In this document: in pieces, positions 10,944 through 21,789 of the stretch
Numbering within the stretch: position 1 is the first letter of the stretch
How the letters are laid out: every line of letters begins with the position of its first letter
Origin: Thainema sp.
Lineage (GTDB): Bacteria; Cyanobacteriota; Cyanobacteriia; Phormidesmidales; Phormidesmidaceae
NCBI GenBank assembly: GCA_052168235.1
Contig: JBQLZK010000039.1
Span: 1-64,000, forward strand
DNA length: 64,000 bases
Direction of reading: 5' to 3'
The notes under the pieces: generated by a model
Told to the model about the DNA's origin: nothing
Seen by the model: only the letters and a program-made list of their open reading frames with translations
The model's database searches: none
Translations under genes and position numbers: made by a program

Positions 10944-12677
10944 TCAAATCTCCGCAAAAAACGTTCCATAGGCTGGCAGCTTTACCGTATCGCCTACAAC
11001 CTCAGCGACAGGTTCTCGAATGTGAAATACACGCTTCAAGGGGACACCATGCAGCTCATACTGGGCTGAGCGATCGCTAATGTTAAAAATACACAGCAGA
11101 CTTTGTTCCGCATAGCCCCGCTCAAAGGCGAGTAGTGGTTCCTCCGCTTCCAGCAGATTGAGCTGCCCAGCTTCTAAAGCGGGTTGATCCTTGCGCCAGT
11201 GCAGGAATTTACGCCAGGTATTCAGGATGGAATGGGGATCGCGGTGCTGACGATCAACGGCGCGATCGCAGTGGTGATCCGGTACTGGCAACCACGGCTT
11301 ACCCGTCGTAAAGCCAGCATGGGGCGCGTCCGCTGTCCAAGGCATCGGCGTCCGGGAGCCGTCTCGTCCCACGACATCTGGATAGAGAGCTTTACCAAAG
11401 GGATCACGGATCTGCTCAGGGGAAATATCTTCTGGAATCTGCGCCACTTTTAGCCCCAGTTCATCACCCTGATAGAGACAGAAGGCACCGGGCAAAGACA
11501 GCAGCAGCGCTGCCATCAGATGGTAGAACTCCTCTGGGTAGGGATTACCGTTGGCGTCTTTGCCTGTCCACTGCGATCGCAACCGACCGTAGTCATGATT
11601 ACCGACAATCCAGCAGGCTCCTCCGGTATCGAAATGCTCTACAACTCGCTGTAGGACATCGTGCATCAGCGTTGCTGTCATCGGTTGATTAACCAACAGC
11701 CCGCTGTGGTAGGCCATGTGGAGCCGAGCTTTGCCGTCTACATACTGGCTGGCTAACTGAATGGAGTCTTCGCACAGCGTCACTTCTCCCAGCGTCATCA
11801 CACCCGGATATTGATCCACCAACTCCCGAATTGGCTTGAGCAGATCCAAGGTTTCTGGACGGTTGAAGCTGTTACACAAAATCTGATCGGCGAGCGGATT
11901 ATCAGGTGGCACGCCATCGGGAGGAGAATCTTTTTCAGGCCGAGTTGGATTATCTCGCAGTTGTTCGTCGTGCAAAAAGTAATTGACGGCGTCAATTCGC
12001 AATCCGTCAATTCCAGCATCCAGCCAAAATTTTGCCCGCTCTAAAATTGCATCCACCACATCAGGATTATTCCAATTCAAGTCAGGCTGACTGGCTAAAA
12101 AATTGAAAAAGTAGTATTGTTCGCGCTGCGGTTCCCATTGCCAAGCGCTTTTGCCGATGAATGACGACAGCCAGTTATTGGGCGGCGAACCATCTGGTTT
12201 CGGATCGGCCCAAACGTACCAGTCTGCTTTGGGATTGTCTCGGCTCTGGCGGCTTTCTTGAAACCACGGGTGCTGGTCGGAGGTATGATTCCAGACCTGA
12301 TCGAGAATCACCTTTAGCTTCATGCCGTGGGCAATTTCTAAAAGCTGCTGAAACTGATCCATCGTGCCAAACGCTGAGCCGACGCACTGCATGTCGGTAA
12401 TGTCATACCCCAAGTCGTCCATGGGGGATTCACAGATTGGCGTTAGCCAAATGGCGTCAACATTGAGGCTGGCAACGTAGTTCAGTTTTTCGATGATGCC
12501 GTTCAGATCGCCTTTGCCGCTGCCCGTTGTATCAAAAAAGCACCAGGGCGAAATCTGATAAATAATTGCGTTTTGCCACCACTCGCCATCGTGAACCGCG
12601 TGGTTCGCATCTTCCCACTGCCACGCTCGTCGGTTAATAGTAGTGCTACGCCACCATGCTTTGTTTTTTGACTGCAT
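10944..12677 (-). CDS. GH13 alpha-glucosidase / oligo-1,6-glucosidase family
   Basis: WWQNAIIYQI, NHTSDQHPWF, QPDLNW, GLRIDAV (catalytic D), LGEV, GNHD, YQGDELG, RDGSRTPMPW. Confidence 0.92.
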   Translation of the reverse strand: MQSKNKAWWRSTTINRRAWQWEDANHAVHDGEWWQNAIIYQISPWCFFDTTGSGKGDLNGIIEKLNYVASLNVDAIWLTPICESPMDDLGYDITDMQCVGSAFGTMDQFQQLLEIAHGMKLKVILDQVWNHTSDQHPWFQESRQSRDNPKADWYVWADPKPDGSPPNNWLSSFIGKSAWQWEPQREQYYFFNFLASQPDLNWNNPDVVDAILERAKFWLDAGIDGLRIDAVNYFLHDEQLRDNPTRPEKDSPPDGVPPDNPLADQILCNSFNRPETLDLLKPIRELVDQYPGVMTLGEVTLCEDSIQLASQYVDGKARLHMAYHSGLLVNQPMTATLMHDVLQRVVEHFDTGGACWIVGNHDYGRLRSQWTGKDANGNPYPEEFYHLMAALLLSLPGAFCLYQGDELGLKVAQIPEDISPEQIRDPFGKALYPDVVGRDGSRTPMPWTADAPHAGFTTGKPWLPVPDHHCDRAVDRQHRDPHSILNTWRKFLHWRKDQPALEAGQLNLLEAEEPLLAFERGYAEQSLLCIFNISDRSAQYELHGVPLKRVFHIREPVAEVVGDTVKLPAYGTFFAEI

Positions 12678-12938
12678 ATTCTCTTACTACCAGTTCTACA
12701 CGTTAGCGCTAAGGGTGTGTTCAGTGCTGAGTCTGAGGATTAACCCAATCAAATCAAGCGCTAAGTAGACTCGCTATGAAGTCTGGATCATCGTGTAGTA
12801 AAGAGAGCTCGTTCACACTATTCATGTGATATAAATTGCGATCGCACTTAGTCTCTCTATAGTTAGAAACCAGTTAAGAACCACAACTTACAGCTGTTTT
12901 CAAATTGCATCCAATAATAAATGCCCAAAAAACCAAAC

Positions 12939-12966
12939 AAAAAAGGGCTATGACACGCATAGCCCC
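12939..12966 (-). terminator. Rho-independent terminator after the geranylgeranyl reductase-family gene
   Basis: Minus strand GGGCTATG-CGTGT-CATAGCCC followed by TTTTTT. Confidence 0.7.
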
Positions 12967-13023
12967 CGCTTGTTCTGGAAAGAAACGGTTTTTGAATTTG
13001 AGGATTGATGGGAACTGCTCAGC

Positions 13024-14151
13024 TTACAGCTTTACGCCAGGAATCTTATTCAGCCGAGCTGCAATCTTTTGGGACAGCTCAGCATAGCTGGTTTCGCCTG
13101 TGAGAACTTGACCCATGCGCTTGGTGGCAGCGGGACGCTTCAAGCCGACTTTGTAAGCAATTCCTGGCACCTTGTAGAACAGGCCAGAGATTTTCTTGGC
13201 GGTGTCTAAATTGCTGCCCCACTCACTGTTGAGGATCTGAGTGTAACCTTCGAGGGCATTGCTATTTCCGGCCAGTGCTGCATCAATCGCTTCAGCTGCT
13301 TTCACACCGCTAAACATAGCCGGACGAATGCCTTCACCGGAGAGTGGATCAACCAGGGCGGCAGCTTCTCCAGCCAGCAGCGCGTTTTGGGTGTGTAACG
13401 GTCGCTGTTCTTGCCAAAATGAGATCGGGTGACGATGAAGTTCGCCTGATCCTAATCCTAAAAAGGCAGCATAGTCAGTCAGTGGTTTTTGATAGTCGCT
13501 GGGCGCTTTGCCCCGGAAAGCGCAGGCCGAAATGGAGTAGCCATCTGCTTTTGGGAAAGCCCACAGGTTGCCGCTTTTCACTAAACCAATATCAAAGTGA
13601 GCGGTGGATGAACTTGCGCCTTTAATTTCCAGTACCTCTGCGTCTGTCGGTTCGGGCAGGTTGAACCCAAGCCACTTCGCCATCGGCCCTTTGGCCCCGT
13701 CTGCTGCGATCAGGTATTTCCCTTCAACCACACCATTCGAGGTGGTGACTTGCCAGTGGTCGGTGCTGAAGGAAATCCCAACTACTTCAGTGCGATCGCG
13801 CAGTTTTGCTCCCTTGGCTTGAGCCTGCTGCACCAGGAAATGATCAAATTTATCTCGCTCAACCATCCACATCGGTTCTGCGGTCGTCAATTGAGCTTCA
13901 ATGGGATCTTTACGCTGCCAGGTGTAGCGCACCTGATCTACCGTGCAGGAGATAACCGGACTGAAATCGAAATCAAACCACTGAGCGACAACAGGTGAAA
14001 CACCGCCGCTGCAAGGTTTGTATCGGGGTAGTGCAGCTCGTTCTACTAGTAAAACTGAATGACCTTTTTTCGCCAGATGATAAGCGGCTGATCCACCAGC
14101 AGGGCCTGCGCCTACGATAATACAGTCAAACATAGGGGGAGCTTCTCTCAC
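13024..14151 (-). CDS. Geranylgeranyl reductase-family FAD-dependent oxidoreductase (likely start ATG at 14133)
   Basis: GAGPAG FAD motif, PRYKPCSGG, LIAADG, GEAAALVDPLSGEGIRPA. Confidence 0.88.
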   Translation of the reverse strand: MREAPPMFDCIIVGAGPAGGSAAYHLAKKGHSVLLVERAALPRYKPCSGGVSPVVAQWFDFDFSPVISCTVDQVRYTWQRKDPIEAQLTTAEPMWMVERDKFDHFLVQQAQAKGAKLRDRTEVVGISFSTDHWQVTTSNGVVEGKYLIAADGAKGPMAKWLGFNLPEPTDAEVLEIKGASSSTAHFDIGLVKSGNLWAFPKADGYSISACAFRGKAPSDYQKPLTDYAAFLGLGSGELHRHPISFWQEQRPLHTQNALLAGEAAALVDPLSGEGIRPAMFSGVKAAEAIDAALAGNSNALEGYTQILNSEWGSNLDTAKKISGLFYKVPGIAYKVGLKRPAATKRMGQVLTGETSYAELSQKIAARLNKIPGVKL

Positions 14152-14559
14152 GGGATAAAGGACAGATACAGCGACAGATAGCGCATGTGCTTGTCACAAA
14201 GTAACCAAAGCAGAACCGAAAATTGCAGCTGAACTGGAGAAATTCATCGAGTTTTCATTTGTTTGGAAGGAGACAAACAAATTCTTTGAGATACGCTCAT
14301 ATCTTGTACCGTACCAAATTTGTTTTATAGCGATAGCTATATTGGTTAGGACGCGCGGCATCGCCGCGCTACAACAACGTCCGTGTCCCAACTTAGCTGG
14401 CTACAGCTACATCACAATGAACTTCAGTGTATACAGTACACAACAGAGTAGGATTTTGTATAACAAATATCAAAAGAGATACAAACTGAAACCGATAATC
14501 GGCGTACATTATGCTTGCTTTGAGAACGCTGTTGTTCATTGTTGAGATATTGGAAGACT

Positions 14560-15819
14560 ATGACTCATCATTCCCGCGATCGCATTTATTTCAAACGGCG
14601 ACAGGTTTTACAGGGAGCGGCAGGTTTTAGTGCAGCTCTATTACTGTCCAAGCTGACGGGTTGTGCTACAACGACGGATACTGGCGCAACGACCGATACA
14701 GGTGACGGTGCAGCGGCTTCGTCTGGACCAATCAAGCTGGGTCTAGTGGCGGCAGTCACTGGCCCATCTGCTGTCTCTGGTGAATCGATTACGCGGGGAT
14801 TAACCATTGCGCTGGAAGAAATCAACGCCAAGGGCGGCGTCATGGGTGGGCGACCGTTGGAATTGGTGATTCGCGATGATGAGTCTACCCCTGCCAAAGG
14901 AGTCGCGGCGGCGCGGGAACTGATTGAGCAAGAAAAAGTGGCGCTGGTATTTGGTGGACTAGATTCTCCGGTTTCGCTGGCGATGCTGCCTGTGTTCCAT
15001 GAGCTACAGGTGCCCTACATGGGCGTATGGGCAGCGGCGACGAACATTACCCGCAATGATTTTGACCCCAACTATGCCTTCCGCGTCTCGGCTAATGACA
15101 ACATCGTGGACAGCTATCTGTTGCGCTACGCCAAGAATGAAATCGGTGCCAGCAAAGTCGGCTTAGTGCTGATCAACAATCCCTGGGGTGAGTCGAACCA
15201 GGCGGGTTTTGAAGAGTGGGCACCGAAATACGACATCGAAATTGTTGGCATTGAGAAGTTTAATGATGGCGATACCGATATTTCGCCGCAGTTGGGTCGG
15301 CTTCAGGATGCTGGGGCAGAAGCGCTGCTGATGGTGGCTAATGCGGCTCCTTCTGCCCAGGCAATGAAGTCGCTAGTCCGGCTCGGTTGGGATGTGCCAG
15401 TTGTTTCCCACTGGGGGCCAACGGGCGGACGATTCCCAGAACTGGCGGGTCAAGAAGCGGCTGACCGGATTGTGTTTATGCAGACCTATAGCTTCTACGA
15501 TGCAGACGATCCGCTCTCAAAATCGGTCATGAGTAAGTTACAGGAAAAGTACAACGTGTCCGGGCCGCAGGATATTATCGCGCCTGTGGGAACCGCCAAC
15601 TCCTATGACGCGATGAATTTGGTGGCGCTGGCCCTCGATACCGCTGGCAGCACCGACGGGCCGACGCTGCGAGAGGCATTTTACAATTTGCCGACCTATG
15701 AAGGCTTGATTAAAACCTACGAGCAGCCTTTTTCTCCGGATAACCACGATGCTCTAAATGAGGATGACTATATCTTGGTGCAGTGGAAAGGTAATCAACT
15801 GGTGCCCTTTAAGGGATAG
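14560..15819 (+). CDS. Liv-type (HAAT) ABC transporter substrate-binding lipoprotein
   Basis: Twin-arginine-like leader KRRQVL, lipobox LTGC, EEINAKGGVMGGRPLELVIRDD; first ATG at 14560. Confidence 0.9.
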   Translation: MTHHSRDRIYFKRRQVLQGAAGFSAALLLSKLTGCATTTDTGATTDTGDGAAASSGPIKLGLVAAVTGPSAVSGESITRGLTIALEEINAKGGVMGGRPLELVIRDDESTPAKGVAAARELIEQEKVALVFGGLDSPVSLAMLPVFHELQVPYMGVWAAATNITRNDFDPNYAFRVSANDNIVDSYLLRYAKNEIGASKVGLVLINNPWGESNQAGFEEWAPKYDIEIVGIEKFNDGDTDISPQLGRLQDAGAEALLMVANAAPSAQAMKSLVRLGWDVPVVSHWGPTGGRFPELAGQEAADRIVFMQTYSFYDADDPLSKSVMSKLQEKYNVSGPQDIIAPVGTANSYDAMNLVALALDTAGSTDGPTLREAFYNLPTYEGLIKTYEQPFSPDNHDALNEDDYILVQWKGNQLVPFKG

Positions 15820-15824
15820 GCGCA

Positions 15825-16694
15825 ATGTGGTCTCAACTGATTTTGTCCGGGATTGCGGTCGGTAGCCTGTATGGGCTAGTGGCTTTGGGGTTTCAGATTA
15901 CCTACGCTGTTTCCAACACGATGAACTTCTCGCAGGGCGCATCGGTGATGGTGGGGGCCGTGCTGTGCTACAGCCTCAACATTACGTTTGGCGTTCCGGC
16001 TTGGCTGGCGGTGCCGATTACCCTAGTCGCTAGCTTCGGCTTAGGGTTACTGATTGAGCGGTTCGTCGTACGCCCCTTTGCCGAAGGGGGATCGAGTAGC
16101 TGGCTACTAACCACGATTGCCTTGGGCATCATCCTGGAAAACCTAGCCATGCTCACGTTTGGCAAGGAAACGCGGGGCTATCCTTCTGCCTGGGCCGAAA
16201 CGCCAATTCAGCTCCTGGGATTTGGTGTCTTTCCGGTCGAACTGCTGATCCCAGTCGTGGGCTTAGCGGTTGCGATCGCACTTCGCCTCTTATTCAATCG
16301 CACCCTCTTGGGTAAAGCTCTCCAAGCCGTCAGTGAGAGCCACAATACAGCGCGACTGATGGGCATTCCGGTGGAGCGGATGATTGCTTATACCTTTGGC
16401 ATTTCTACGGCTCTGGCGGCTTTGGCTGGGATGCTAATTGCTCCGGTCAGCAACGTCTCGGCCACGATGGGCATACTATTGGGGCTGAAAGCATTTGCCA
16501 CTGCTATTATCGGCGGTTTGGGTAATCCCTGGGGCGTGATGGTGGCGGGAATTATCTACGGACTTGTCGAGTCCGCGGCGGCGGGTTTGCTGGGCGGCAG
16601 CTACCGCGAAATTGTTGGTTTTGCGGTGGTCATTCTCATGCTGGCGCTGCGGCCCTACGGTCTGTTTGGCCAGGCTCAGGTGAAGAAGGTTTAA
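15825..16694 (+). CDS. LivH-like ABC transporter permease
   Basis: GSLYGLVALGF...NFSQG, GKALQAVSE...ARLMGI, KAFATAIIGGLG. Confidence 0.9.
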   Translation: MWSQLILSGIAVGSLYGLVALGFQITYAVSNTMNFSQGASVMVGAVLCYSLNITFGVPAWLAVPITLVASFGLGLLIERFVVRPFAEGGSSSWLLTTIALGIILENLAMLTFGKETRGYPSAWAETPIQLLGFGVFPVELLIPVVGLAVAIALRLLFNRTLLGKALQAVSESHNTARLMGIPVERMIAYTFGISTALAALAGMLIAPVSNVSATMGILLGLKAFATAIIGGLGNPWGVMVAGIIYGLVESAAAGLLGGSYREIVGFAVVILMLALRPYGLFGQAQVKKV

Positions 16695-16718
16695 AAATTC
16701 AGAGTTCAAAACAACATC

Positions 16719-19196
16719 ATGAACATTCGCGGCTGGATCGGAATCGGGTTATTGGCAGGTGCGATCGCAGCCACCCTGCTGGCCCCCAACACCTACTACC
16801 TCTACACCATCGGCATGATGGCTATCACCACAATGGTGGCGGTGGGACTGAATATCCTGGTGGGGCTATCCGGTCAGATCTCGATTGGTCACGCGGGCTT
16901 TTTTGCCATTGGCGCTTACGTTGCCAGCCTGCTAATGCTGGATGTTGAATGGTCATTTCCCCCAGCTGCGATCGCGGCCATTGTGGCAACCGCTGGCACA
17001 GGTGCAGCCCTAGCAGCTCCCGCTCTGCGCGTTACAGGGCCATACCTGGCGATGGTGACGATTGCCTTTGGCATCATTGTCGAACGGGTGTTAATCGAGT
17101 GGGTTGGACTGACGGGTGGCTTTGGTGGCCTGAGCAGCATTCCTAAGCCCGTGCTGTTCGGACTACAGCCTGCTCTGAAAGACGTGGTGCTGATCGCCGT
17201 CGTCATTGCCTTTGGCTCCCTCTGGTCGTTCGATCAGCTCAAATATCATCCCTGGGGCAAGGCGTTTCAAGCCGTGCGCGATGATGAAACAGCCGCTACC
17301 TCACTGGGCTTGAATCCTCTAGCTGTGCGAGTCGTGGCCTTTGCGGTATCTGCTGCCTTCACGGGTTTAGCCGGAGCCTTTTTTGCCTCCACGATTGGCT
17401 TTGTCAGTCCCGACAGCTTCACCCTGCACCGCTCAATCTTGTTTCTGCTGGTCGTCATTCTCGGCGGCATCGGCACCGCTGAAGGCGCACTCGTCGGCGC
17501 AATTGTGCTGGTGCTGCTGCCAGAGCTAATCAAAGACTTTGCCGATTATCAGCTTTTGATCTTTGGCTCCCTGCTGCTGCTGACGCTGTGGGTTGCTCCC
17601 GAAGGGTTAACCAGTCCCCTCAAGCGCTGGTTTGACCGCCAAGCTCCGGTTTATCCCCTGGAAACGCCCCCCGATATGCCGACGCTAATCACCCGTCACC
17701 ACACGGCAGCAGCGTTGGACGTGAAATCGGTCGGCATTCAGTTCGGTGGCGTCAAAGCGGTCACGGATGTCAGCCTTACTGCTCAACCTGGAACGGTAAC
17801 GGCTGTGATTGGCCCCAATGGCGCAGGCAAAACGACTCTACTCAATCTGATCAGCGGCTTCTATCAAACCCAAACCGGACAGATTCAGCTCGGTCAAACC
17901 GATCTAACCCGTAAATCGGGACTTGCGATCGCACGTGCAGGGGTTGGTCGTACCTTTCAAGCTACGCGGCTGTTTGATTCTCTATCCGTGATTGATAATC
18001 TGCGAGTCGCGGCTAAAGGTGCCCATCCCCGGTCAATCTTTTCGGCATTGGTGGGTCGCGGTAAAGCGCCCAGACAGCCGGAAAAAGCGCTGCTGGAAGT
18101 CTTGTCCTTCGTTGGGTTTAAAGGTGACGTACATCAAATCTCTGCTAACTTACCGTTTGTCGATCGGCGACTGGCGGAAATCGCCCGTGCGCTGGTACTG
18201 GGGCCACAGTTGCTGTTACTGGATGAACCTGCCGCTGGTTTGAGTAAAGACGACAAGCAAGCTCTGGCGAGCCTAATTCGCCGCATTGCCAGTAGCGGCA
18301 TTCCCGTTATCCTGATCGAACACGATATGGATTTGGTGATGGATATTTCCGATCAGGTCGTCGTGTTAGACAGTGGCGATCGCATTTGTGTGGGGCCACC
18401 TAAACAGGTGCAGCAAGATCCAGACGTTCTAGCCGCCTACTTGGGCATCGATTCGCCTGATCTGACTCGTCCTGCCGTTGTGCAACAGCAACCTTTGCTG
18501 CACATCCACCAGTTAGTTTCTGGCTATGACAAGCTGCAGGTGCTGAAGGAAATTGACCTGACGGTGAATGCAGGTGAATTAGTCGCGGTGATTGGGGCCA
18601 ATGGCGCGGGCAAAAGCACCTTGATGAAGTCGGTGACGCAGCTGATCCAGCCTTGGTCAGGAGAGATCACCTTTCAAGGCCAAGCGCTGACGGGAATTCC
18701 AGCCCATGACATCGGCAAGCAGGGCATTGTGTTGGTGCCGGAAGGTCGCCAGGTATTCAAGGAACTGACGGTGATTGATAACTTGCGACTGGGAGCATTC
18801 AATCGTCAGGATGATCAGATTGAGCTGGATATCGCGGCAGTACTCGATCGCTTTCCCCGTTTACAGGAACGGCGCAATCAAAAAGCGGGTTTACTTTCGG
18901 GTGGCGAACAGCAGATGCTCGCCATTGGTCGGGGTTTAATGGCTCGCCCTAAACTGCTGCTGCTGGATGAACCGTCTTTGGGTTTGGCTCCCAAACTGGT
19001 AACTGATCTCTATGCAACGCTGGCTCAGCTACGCGATGAAGGCATGACGATTCTGCTAGTCGATCAGATGGCAGGCTTGGCGCTGGCGGTTGCCGATCGG
19101 GCTTACTTACTCGAAACCGGGCAAGTGGTGCAGTCGGGAACAGGAGCGGAGCTTCAGCAGGATGATCAGGTGATGAGGGCGTATTTAGGGGCGTAG
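16719..19196 (+). CDS. Fused LivM permease + LivG + LivF ATPases
   Basis: N-terminal GLSGQISIGHAGF permease, then two ABC domains (GPNGAGKTT...LLDEPAAG; GANGAGKST...LSGGEQQML...LLDEPSLG). Confidence 0.9.
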   Translation: MNIRGWIGIGLLAGAIAATLLAPNTYYLYTIGMMAITTMVAVGLNILVGLSGQISIGHAGFFAIGAYVASLLMLDVEWSFPPAAIAAIVATAGTGAALAAPALRVTGPYLAMVTIAFGIIVERVLIEWVGLTGGFGGLSSIPKPVLFGLQPALKDVVLIAVVIAFGSLWSFDQLKYHPWGKAFQAVRDDETAATSLGLNPLAVRVVAFAVSAAFTGLAGAFFASTIGFVSPDSFTLHRSILFLLVVILGGIGTAEGALVGAIVLVLLPELIKDFADYQLLIFGSLLLLTLWVAPEGLTSPLKRWFDRQAPVYPLETPPDMPTLITRHHTAAALDVKSVGIQFGGVKAVTDVSLTAQPGTVTAVIGPNGAGKTTLLNLISGFYQTQTGQIQLGQTDLTRKSGLAIARAGVGRTFQATRLFDSLSVIDNLRVAAKGAHPRSIFSALVGRGKAPRQPEKALLEVLSFVGFKGDVHQISANLPFVDRRLAEIARALVLGPQLLLLDEPAAGLSKDDKQALASLIRRIASSGIPVILIEHDMDLVMDISDQVVVLDSGDRICVGPPKQVQQDPDVLAAYLGIDSPDLTRPAVVQQQPLLHIHQLVSGYDKLQVLKEIDLTVNAGELVAVIGANGAGKSTLMKSVTQLIQPWSGEITFQGQALTGIPAHDIGKQGIVLVPEGRQVFKELTVIDNLRLGAFNRQDDQIELDIAAVLDRFPRLQERRNQKAGLLSGGEQQMLAIGRGLMARPKLLLLDEPSLGLAPKLVTDLYATLAQLRDEGMTILLVDQMAGLALAVADRAYLLETGQVVQSGTGAELQQDDQVMRAYLGA

Positions 19197-19283
19197 AAGT
19201 GAGGTGTGAGGCGTGAGGGAGTGGGAGGGTAGGAGAGTGAGGGGGCAAGGGGGCTTTGGGGCTACAGTTGTTGAGAATGAGAA

Positions 19284-19760
19284 TTAAGGTTGCGCGGAAT
19301 GCTCGGGCTGTGTGGCGGATACGTGGGTGATGATGGATTCGACAATTTTGATCAGGCGGCGATGGGCTAGGTTTTGAATGATTTGCTGCTGCTGTTCGGG
19401 TGAGTTTAATCGCAGCGGCTCTAGGGTTTGGAGCGTAATTGTGCGGTATTGGCAGGCGAGGAGAATGGCGCGTTCGTCTGGTGTAATCGGTAAGCAGGCG
19501 CGGGGGCAGTCTAGCTTGAGGGTTGTTTTACCAAGCGGCGTAATGCTGAATCGCGTGACTTCAATGGTGTAGTTAACTAGACCTAGCTGCTGTAGGCGGC
19601 GACAAATGCGATCTCGCTTTGCAGCAGAAGTTTTGGGGTTAGGCTGAATCTGGTCAATTGAAGCGGTTTGATCCGGGCAAGCGAGCAGTTGCTGCATAAA
19701 CTTACGCTCAACAGCAGATAGCGTTACGGGGGCAGCGAAACTAGCCGTTGAGGGTTTCAT
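19284..19760 (-). CDS. Hypothetical protein, possibly tandem winged-helix
   Basis: 158-aa ORF with two similar wHTH-like segments (ICRRLQQLGLV; IIQNLAHRRLI). Confidence 0.6.
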   Translation of the reverse strand: MKPSTASFAAPVTLSAVERKFMQQLLACPDQTASIDQIQPNPKTSAAKRDRICRRLQQLGLVNYTIEVTRFSITPLGKTTLKLDCPRACLPITPDERAILLACQYRTITLQTLEPLRLNSPEQQQQIIQNLAHRRLIKIVESIITHVSATQPEHSAQP

Positions 19761-20033
19761 ACATAGCAGTAGTCATTTTAGTTGAGACATTCATCGAACG
19801 TTTATAACGTTGGAACGTTCTAACGTTTAAACGGTTTTAGAGTTTTCCGCGTTCTAACCAGCGTAGATATAGCAATAACTCAACACTCAACACTCTAAAG
19901 GCGAACAAACATACTCTTTCCCCTATCAAACCATCATGATTGCCTCACATCAAGCGATATACGGGTGAAAGTTACAGAATTTTTCGATAGCGTGGAGTGT
20001 GACAGCTGAGTCCTCTGCTGGAAACGACGCAAT

Positions 20034-20612
20034 ATGATTTTTTTAGAGCTTTTAGCGATCGCAATTGGTGTGGCTGTAGCCGGAACCCTGATGGTCGTTG
20101 GTTTAGTAGAAGCTCCTTGGCCTGTGCTGTTGGTATTGCTGCTGGCTGGGTTGTATTCTCTACAGCGCTTATCGACCCAGAATGAGGCGCTTGTCAACAT
20201 GATGGCAAAGCCGACAGTTGAAAAAACGGCACCTGAGCCTACGGAACATCAAGCTAAAAAGCTCGATTCTACAAAACTTAATCAGGTCGTAGCCAAGCAA
20301 GTTGATATGCGATCGCAGGATCAAATCGCAGCGGTTGCGAGTCAGGACACGGAAGCCGATCTCAAGTATCGCGGCGTTAGCTATCACCACGAGCAATCAG
20401 CGCTAGAGGCTTCTAGTCAAACAGCTAATCAACAAAATGGCGACTCTTCAACGCCCGTCAAAGGCAAATATCGTGGCCGAGACTGGCAGAGATTGACGGT
20501 CTTCGCAGATGAGTCTCAGATTCGCCCAACCGTTCGTTATCGCGGTCATCGGGTAGCCTCATTCAACCGATCTGATCCGTCAGATTCATCTTCAACAGAG
20601 TCTAAGTCATAG
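20034..20612 (+). CDS. Membrane-anchored DUF4278-like protein
   Basis: N-terminal hydrophobic segments; repeated LKYRGVSY / GKYRG / VRYRG motifs typical of DUF4278. Confidence 0.7.
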   Translation: MIFLELLAIAIGVAVAGTLMVVGLVEAPWPVLLVLLLAGLYSLQRLSTQNEALVNMMAKPTVEKTAPEPTEHQAKKLDSTKLNQVVAKQVDMRSQDQIAAVASQDTEADLKYRGVSYHHEQSALEASSQTANQQNGDSSTPVKGKYRGRDWQRLTVFADESQIRPTVRYRGHRVASFNRSDPSDSSSTESKS

Positions 20613-20632
20613 AATTTGGCTCGAATCTTTTA

Positions 20633-20673
20633 TAGAACAAAGGAGTTGCGCGCTGCGCAACTCCTTTGTTCTA
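20633..20673. repeat. Perfect 19-bp inverted repeat between convergent genes
   Basis: TAGAACAAAGGAGTTGCGC-GCT-GCGCAACTCCTTTGTTCTA. Confidence 0.9.
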
Positions 20674-20735
20674 AGTTCTAAGTTCTAACGTTCGATCGGG
20701 TCTCAACCAAAACGGCAACGGCTGCCTACTAATCG

Positions 20736-21293
20736 CTAGGCGGGCACAAATAAAGCGTCTTCTAGACGAGACAGGGCTTTATTTAGATCATCATTCAGGA
20801 TTTGCACATCAAATTCATCTGCGGCTTCGATTTCAGCTTGGGCTGTGGCTAAGCGACGTGCGATCGCAGGTTCAGAATCCTGGCCTCGACTGCGAATGCG
20901 CTGCTCCAATTCCGCCATCGACGGTGGACAGATAAAGATTCGGTAGGCTTCTGGAAACGTAACGGCAATTTGACGCGCACCCTGTAGTTCAATTTCGAGT
21001 ACGACCCACTTGCCTTCCTCAACTTTTTCTAGGACGGGGCGCTTGGGTGTGCCGTAGCAGTTACCCGCAAATTCGGCCCATTCCAGCAGTTCATCGTTCT
21101 GAACCATTTGCTGAAACTGCTCGCGGCTGACGAAATAGTAGTGTTGACCATGCACCTCGCCGGGACGAGGAGCGCGAGTGGTTGCTGAGGTGGAAAGATA
21201 AAGATCGGGATGGCGTTGCAATAGCGATCGCAGCAGCGTTCCTTTGCCAACGCCACTGGGTCCGGTAAGTACGATCAGTCTGCCCTTGCTCAT
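20736..21293 (-). CDS. gmk: Guanylate kinase
   Basis: GPSGVGKGT, SATTRAPRPGE, YGTP, LEIELQGARQI. Confidence 0.96.
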   Translation of the reverse strand: MSKGRLIVLTGPSGVGKGTLLRSLLQRHPDLYLSTSATTRAPRPGEVHGQHYYFVSREQFQQMVQNDELLEWAEFAGNCYGTPKRPVLEKVEEGKWVVLEIELQGARQIAVTFPEAYRIFICPPSMAELEQRIRSRGQDSEPAIARRLATAQAEIEAADEFDVQILNDDLNKALSRLEDALFVPA

Positions 21294-21528
21294 GATGCTC
21301 CGCTATTCAGGTTTGCCAGTTCAGATTTGTGGTGAGAAGACGAATAAGCCGACAGATAGAATCCATTGGTGCGATCGCACCGTTGATTTGCTTCAGTCTG
21401 TCGGCAAAATGTATACAAGTTAACTTATTTTAATCTTTTTCTTCCCGTTTGCTAAGATTTGGCCCCCGAATGACTCCAAATTGAGCCAATGGGGTGCTGA
21501 CGAAATATTGACTTTATTGTATTCAGTT

Positions 21529-21789
21529 TTATTCTGATGGAGCGTCTTTACTGATGACAAAGCGATGGGCAACGGTTTCAGGCTGAATCGCGGAGAGAAC
21601 AACATGGCCAGAGTCCGTAATAATCACCGCACGGGTACGTCGTCCATAGGTCGCATCAATCAGTTGGCCACGCTCTCGTGCATCTGAAATGATTCGCTTG
21701 ATGGGGGCCGACTCTGGACTCACAATGGCAATTACTCGATTGGCAGATACGATGTTGCCAAATCCAATATTAATGAGTTTGATATCCAT
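21529..21789 (-). CDS. remA: DUF370/RemA-family protein
   Basis: [28 protein letters not shown]...[12 protein letters not shown]; classical remA-gmk order. Confidence 0.92.
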   Translation of the reverse strand: MDIKLINIGFGNIVSANRVIAIVSPESAPIKRIISDARERGQLIDATYGRRTRAVIITDSGHVVLSAIQPETVAHRFVISKDAPSE

